A stretch of DNA of 32,000 nt, from positions 1,140,001-1,172,000 of the forward strand of contig NZ_CP034549.1 in the NCBI RefSeq assembly GCF_003966335.1, in the 5' to 3' direction. The translations under genes were made by a program, and so were the position numbers. Each line of letters opens with the position of its first letter. The stretch's first letter is position 1. Source of the stretch: Nonlabens ponticola. GTDB taxonomy: Bacteria; Bacteroidota; Bacteroidia; Flavobacteriales; Flavobacteriaceae. Below are positions 31,601 to 32,000 of the stretch, one piece after another. Under the pieces are notes generated by a model that searched no databases, was not told the DNA's origin, and saw only the letters and a list, made by a program, of their open reading frames with translations.

Positions 31601-32000
31601 GATAGTGATACACAACCAGATTATCTAGATATCGACTCCGATGACGACGGTATTATCGATAATATTGAATGGCAGACAACTTCTGGATATTTAGAACCTA
31701 CTGCCGATACTGATGGCAACGGTCTGGCAGATAATTATGAGACTAGAGCAGGTTCTAATACCCCAATTAGACTTCCTGTAAATACTGATGGGGCTGATAA
31801 TCCAGATTATCGAGACCTAGATTCAGACGATGACGGTCTTACAGATAATGACGAGGTTTACAACTTGCCTCCAGCAAATCTTGATTCAGATAATGATGGT
31901 CTAGATGACGCCTATGACAATGATGACGTGGGTGGACTTGATGGTCCTGATGCGGCTACAAACGGCAACATGAATGGTCCAGATGGTGGTAGCGTTCAAG
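19679..32000 (+). CDS. giant secreted Asp-rich protein built from thrombospondin type-3-like calcium-binding repeats (putative surface adhesin or fibre); the 3' end lies beyond the window
   Basis: I translated by hand from the ATG at 19679 and found no stop through 31999, which is 4107 codons. No closed + ORF in this frame appears in the track. The N-terminal signal peptide is [36 protein letters not shown]. There are dozens of DxDxDG(I/V)(P)DxxD motifs. Antisense and off-frame ORFs in the track are shadows of this gene. Confidence 0.9.
   Translation, partial: [4107 protein letters not shown]
20432..20755 (+). other. Ig-like or CshA-type adhesin repeat module within the giant CDS
   Basis: The segment [48 protein letters not shown] has the pattern typical of bacterial adhesin beta-sandwich repeats (GTYTV..DGTVTFTP..GFTG...Y.V.D..G..S..A.L.V.V). 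Confidence 0.45.
20864..21499 (+). other. unnamed module of about 212 aa bracketed by cysteines, paralog 1 of 3 clear copies
   Basis: Runs from DCSGG to [12 protein letters not shown]. Shares GxV(F/Y)RFxNV...(V/L)DA(L/I)ITI, a central D(V/I)DGxG and a C-terminal (D/G)ECxINxFDEP with the copies at 22103 and 24182. A more diverged copy lies at about 19790-20430. Confidence 0.7.
21943..21954. repeat. palindrome family member CTTTCGCGAAAG inside the giant CDS
   Basis: Read directly. In-frame as D-F-R-E-S-G. Confidence 0.8.
22103..22750 (+). other. unnamed Cys-bracketed module, paralog 2
   Basis: Runs from [35 protein letters not shown] to [12 protein letters not shown]. Aligns by eye with the modules at 20864 and 24182. 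Confidence 0.7.
22521..22530. repeat. degenerate palindrome family member (GC)TTTCGCGAAA(TG) inside the giant CDS
   Basis: 10-nt perfect core TTTCGCGAAA. In-frame as L-S-R-N. Confidence 0.6.
24182..24811 (+). other. unnamed Cys-bracketed module, paralog 3
   Basis: Runs from [41 protein letters not shown] to [12 protein letters not shown]. Confidence 0.7.
24926..24939. repeat. palindrome family member GCTTTCGCGAAAGC inside the giant CDS
   Basis: 14-nt perfect palindrome. In-frame as A-F-A-K-A. Confidence 0.85.
25130..29593 (+). repeat. in-frame tandem array of a 1143-bp (381-aa) unit, 4 copies, the last lacking 108 bp
   Basis: Unit heads GTCGACATCGACGATGAC occur at 25130, 26273, 27416 and 28559, each exactly 1143 bp apart. 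The shadow ORFs in the track repeat with the same period and identical translations. Confidence 0.95.
29594..31270 (+). repeat. in-frame tandem array of a diverged 735-bp (245-aa) unit, about 2.3 copies, in register with the 1143-bp array
   Basis: Unit heads (L/V)D(I/V)DDDNDG occur at 29594, 30329 and 31064. Shadow ORFs 29548..29769 and 30283..30504 are 735 bp apart. There are many substitutions between copies. Confidence 0.85.
30763..30778. repeat. imperfect palindrome family member CGCTTTCGCGGAAGCG inside the giant CDS
   Basis: One mismatch to the 16-mer found at 1135 and 7559. In-frame as A-F-A-E-A. Confidence 0.7.

Overview
This window looks like a Bacteroidota chromosome, most likely a marine Flavobacteriaceae; I cannot name the genus without a database search. 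Supporting signs are TTG/TAnnTTTG promoter motifs, almost no Shine-Dalgarno sequences, a DUF3467 gene after rpoC, and a giant TSP3-repeat protein. Every gene I can support is on the + strand.

Positions 1-19.4 kb are core housekeeping genes: the 3' part of an alanine/glycine:cation symporter, a ComEA-like helix-hairpin-helix protein, an acyl-CoA dehydrogenase, a lipoprotein GH13 alpha-amylase, rpsU and a Xer-type tyrosine recombinase. These are followed by the conserved tRNA-Thr/Tyr/Gly/Thr-tuf cluster, then tRNA-Trp-secE-nusG-rplK-rplA-rplJ-rplL-rpoB-rpoC, and a small DUF3467 gene overlapping the rpoC stop.

Positions 19.7-32.0 kb are the first 12.3 kb of one giant open frame. It is absent from the ORF track because it has no stop in the window. 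It encodes a secreted, extremely Asp-rich protein built from thrombospondin type-3-like calcium-binding repeats. It has four paralogous domains I cannot name and two in-register tandem arrays. One array has 1143-bp units that are nearly identical; the other has 735-bp units that have diverged.

The palindrome GCTTTCGCGAAAGC occurs 8 times, both between genes and in-frame inside genes. That is far above chance.

I found no CRISPR array, defence operon, transposase or prophage. The palindrome family and the giant repeat gene are the only candidates for anything new, and neither amounts to a clearly undescribed multi-gene system.
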